DNA of 24,924 nucleotides from a virus: UHGV virus genome UHGV-0876952; one strand, 5' to 3'. Shown piece by piece: positions 24,797 to 24,924 of this stretch (position 1 is its first letter; each line of letters starts with the position of its first letter). The notes under the pieces were generated by a model. It saw only the letters and a program-made list of their open reading frames with translations, ran no database searches and was not told where the DNA came from. The position numbers and the translations under genes were made by a program.

Positions 24797-24924
24797 TGGA
24801 GAGTTCCCTTTGCGTATATAATTATCGTCTGAAACAACTTGTTTTCTTATATGTGATATAGCCTAAATGCCTACGGCTGCGGTGTAAAGGTTTAATGATA
24901 GGTACATAGGGGGGGCTTAATAAC

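Noticed and set aside
1-24924. Search for a CRISPR array or other regularly spaced direct repeats
   Set aside because: No regularly spaced direct repeats with unique spacers were seen; the repeated elements found are dispersed single copies or palindromes.

Overview
The window reads as a gene-dense, mostly minus-strand replication and maintenance module of a phage or phage-plasmid-like element. Read from the translations, it encodes a FEN-type 5'-3' exonuclease, a T4 gp32-like SSB, a DnaE-type Pol III alpha, a CobS/MoxR-like AAA+ ATPase followed by three consecutive CobT/vWA-like ORFs, an XRE-family HTH regulator convergent with a tyrosine recombinase, a glutaredoxin, four clustered tRNAs (Ser-like, Thr, Tyr, Asn), an ATP-dependent DNA ligase, a DnaG-like primase, a DnaB-like helicase and a ParA/ParG-like partition pair. 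By eye this resembles SSU5/pHCM2-type phage-plasmids, but that is unverified. Three things are not explained by ordinary annotation: (1) a strongly AT-rich two-gene plus-strand island (12.6-13.9 kb) encoding a 2-TM protein and a small acidic protein of no recognisable family; (2) a 20-bp element present in near-identical copies at four places, once as a perfect 13-7-13 inverted repeat beside the recombinase gene and once inside the dnaE reading frame; (3) a palindromic GATAAGTA-N6-TACTTATC family upstream of several transcription units. All assignments come from reading the sequence and motifs by eye; no database search or RNA folding was run.
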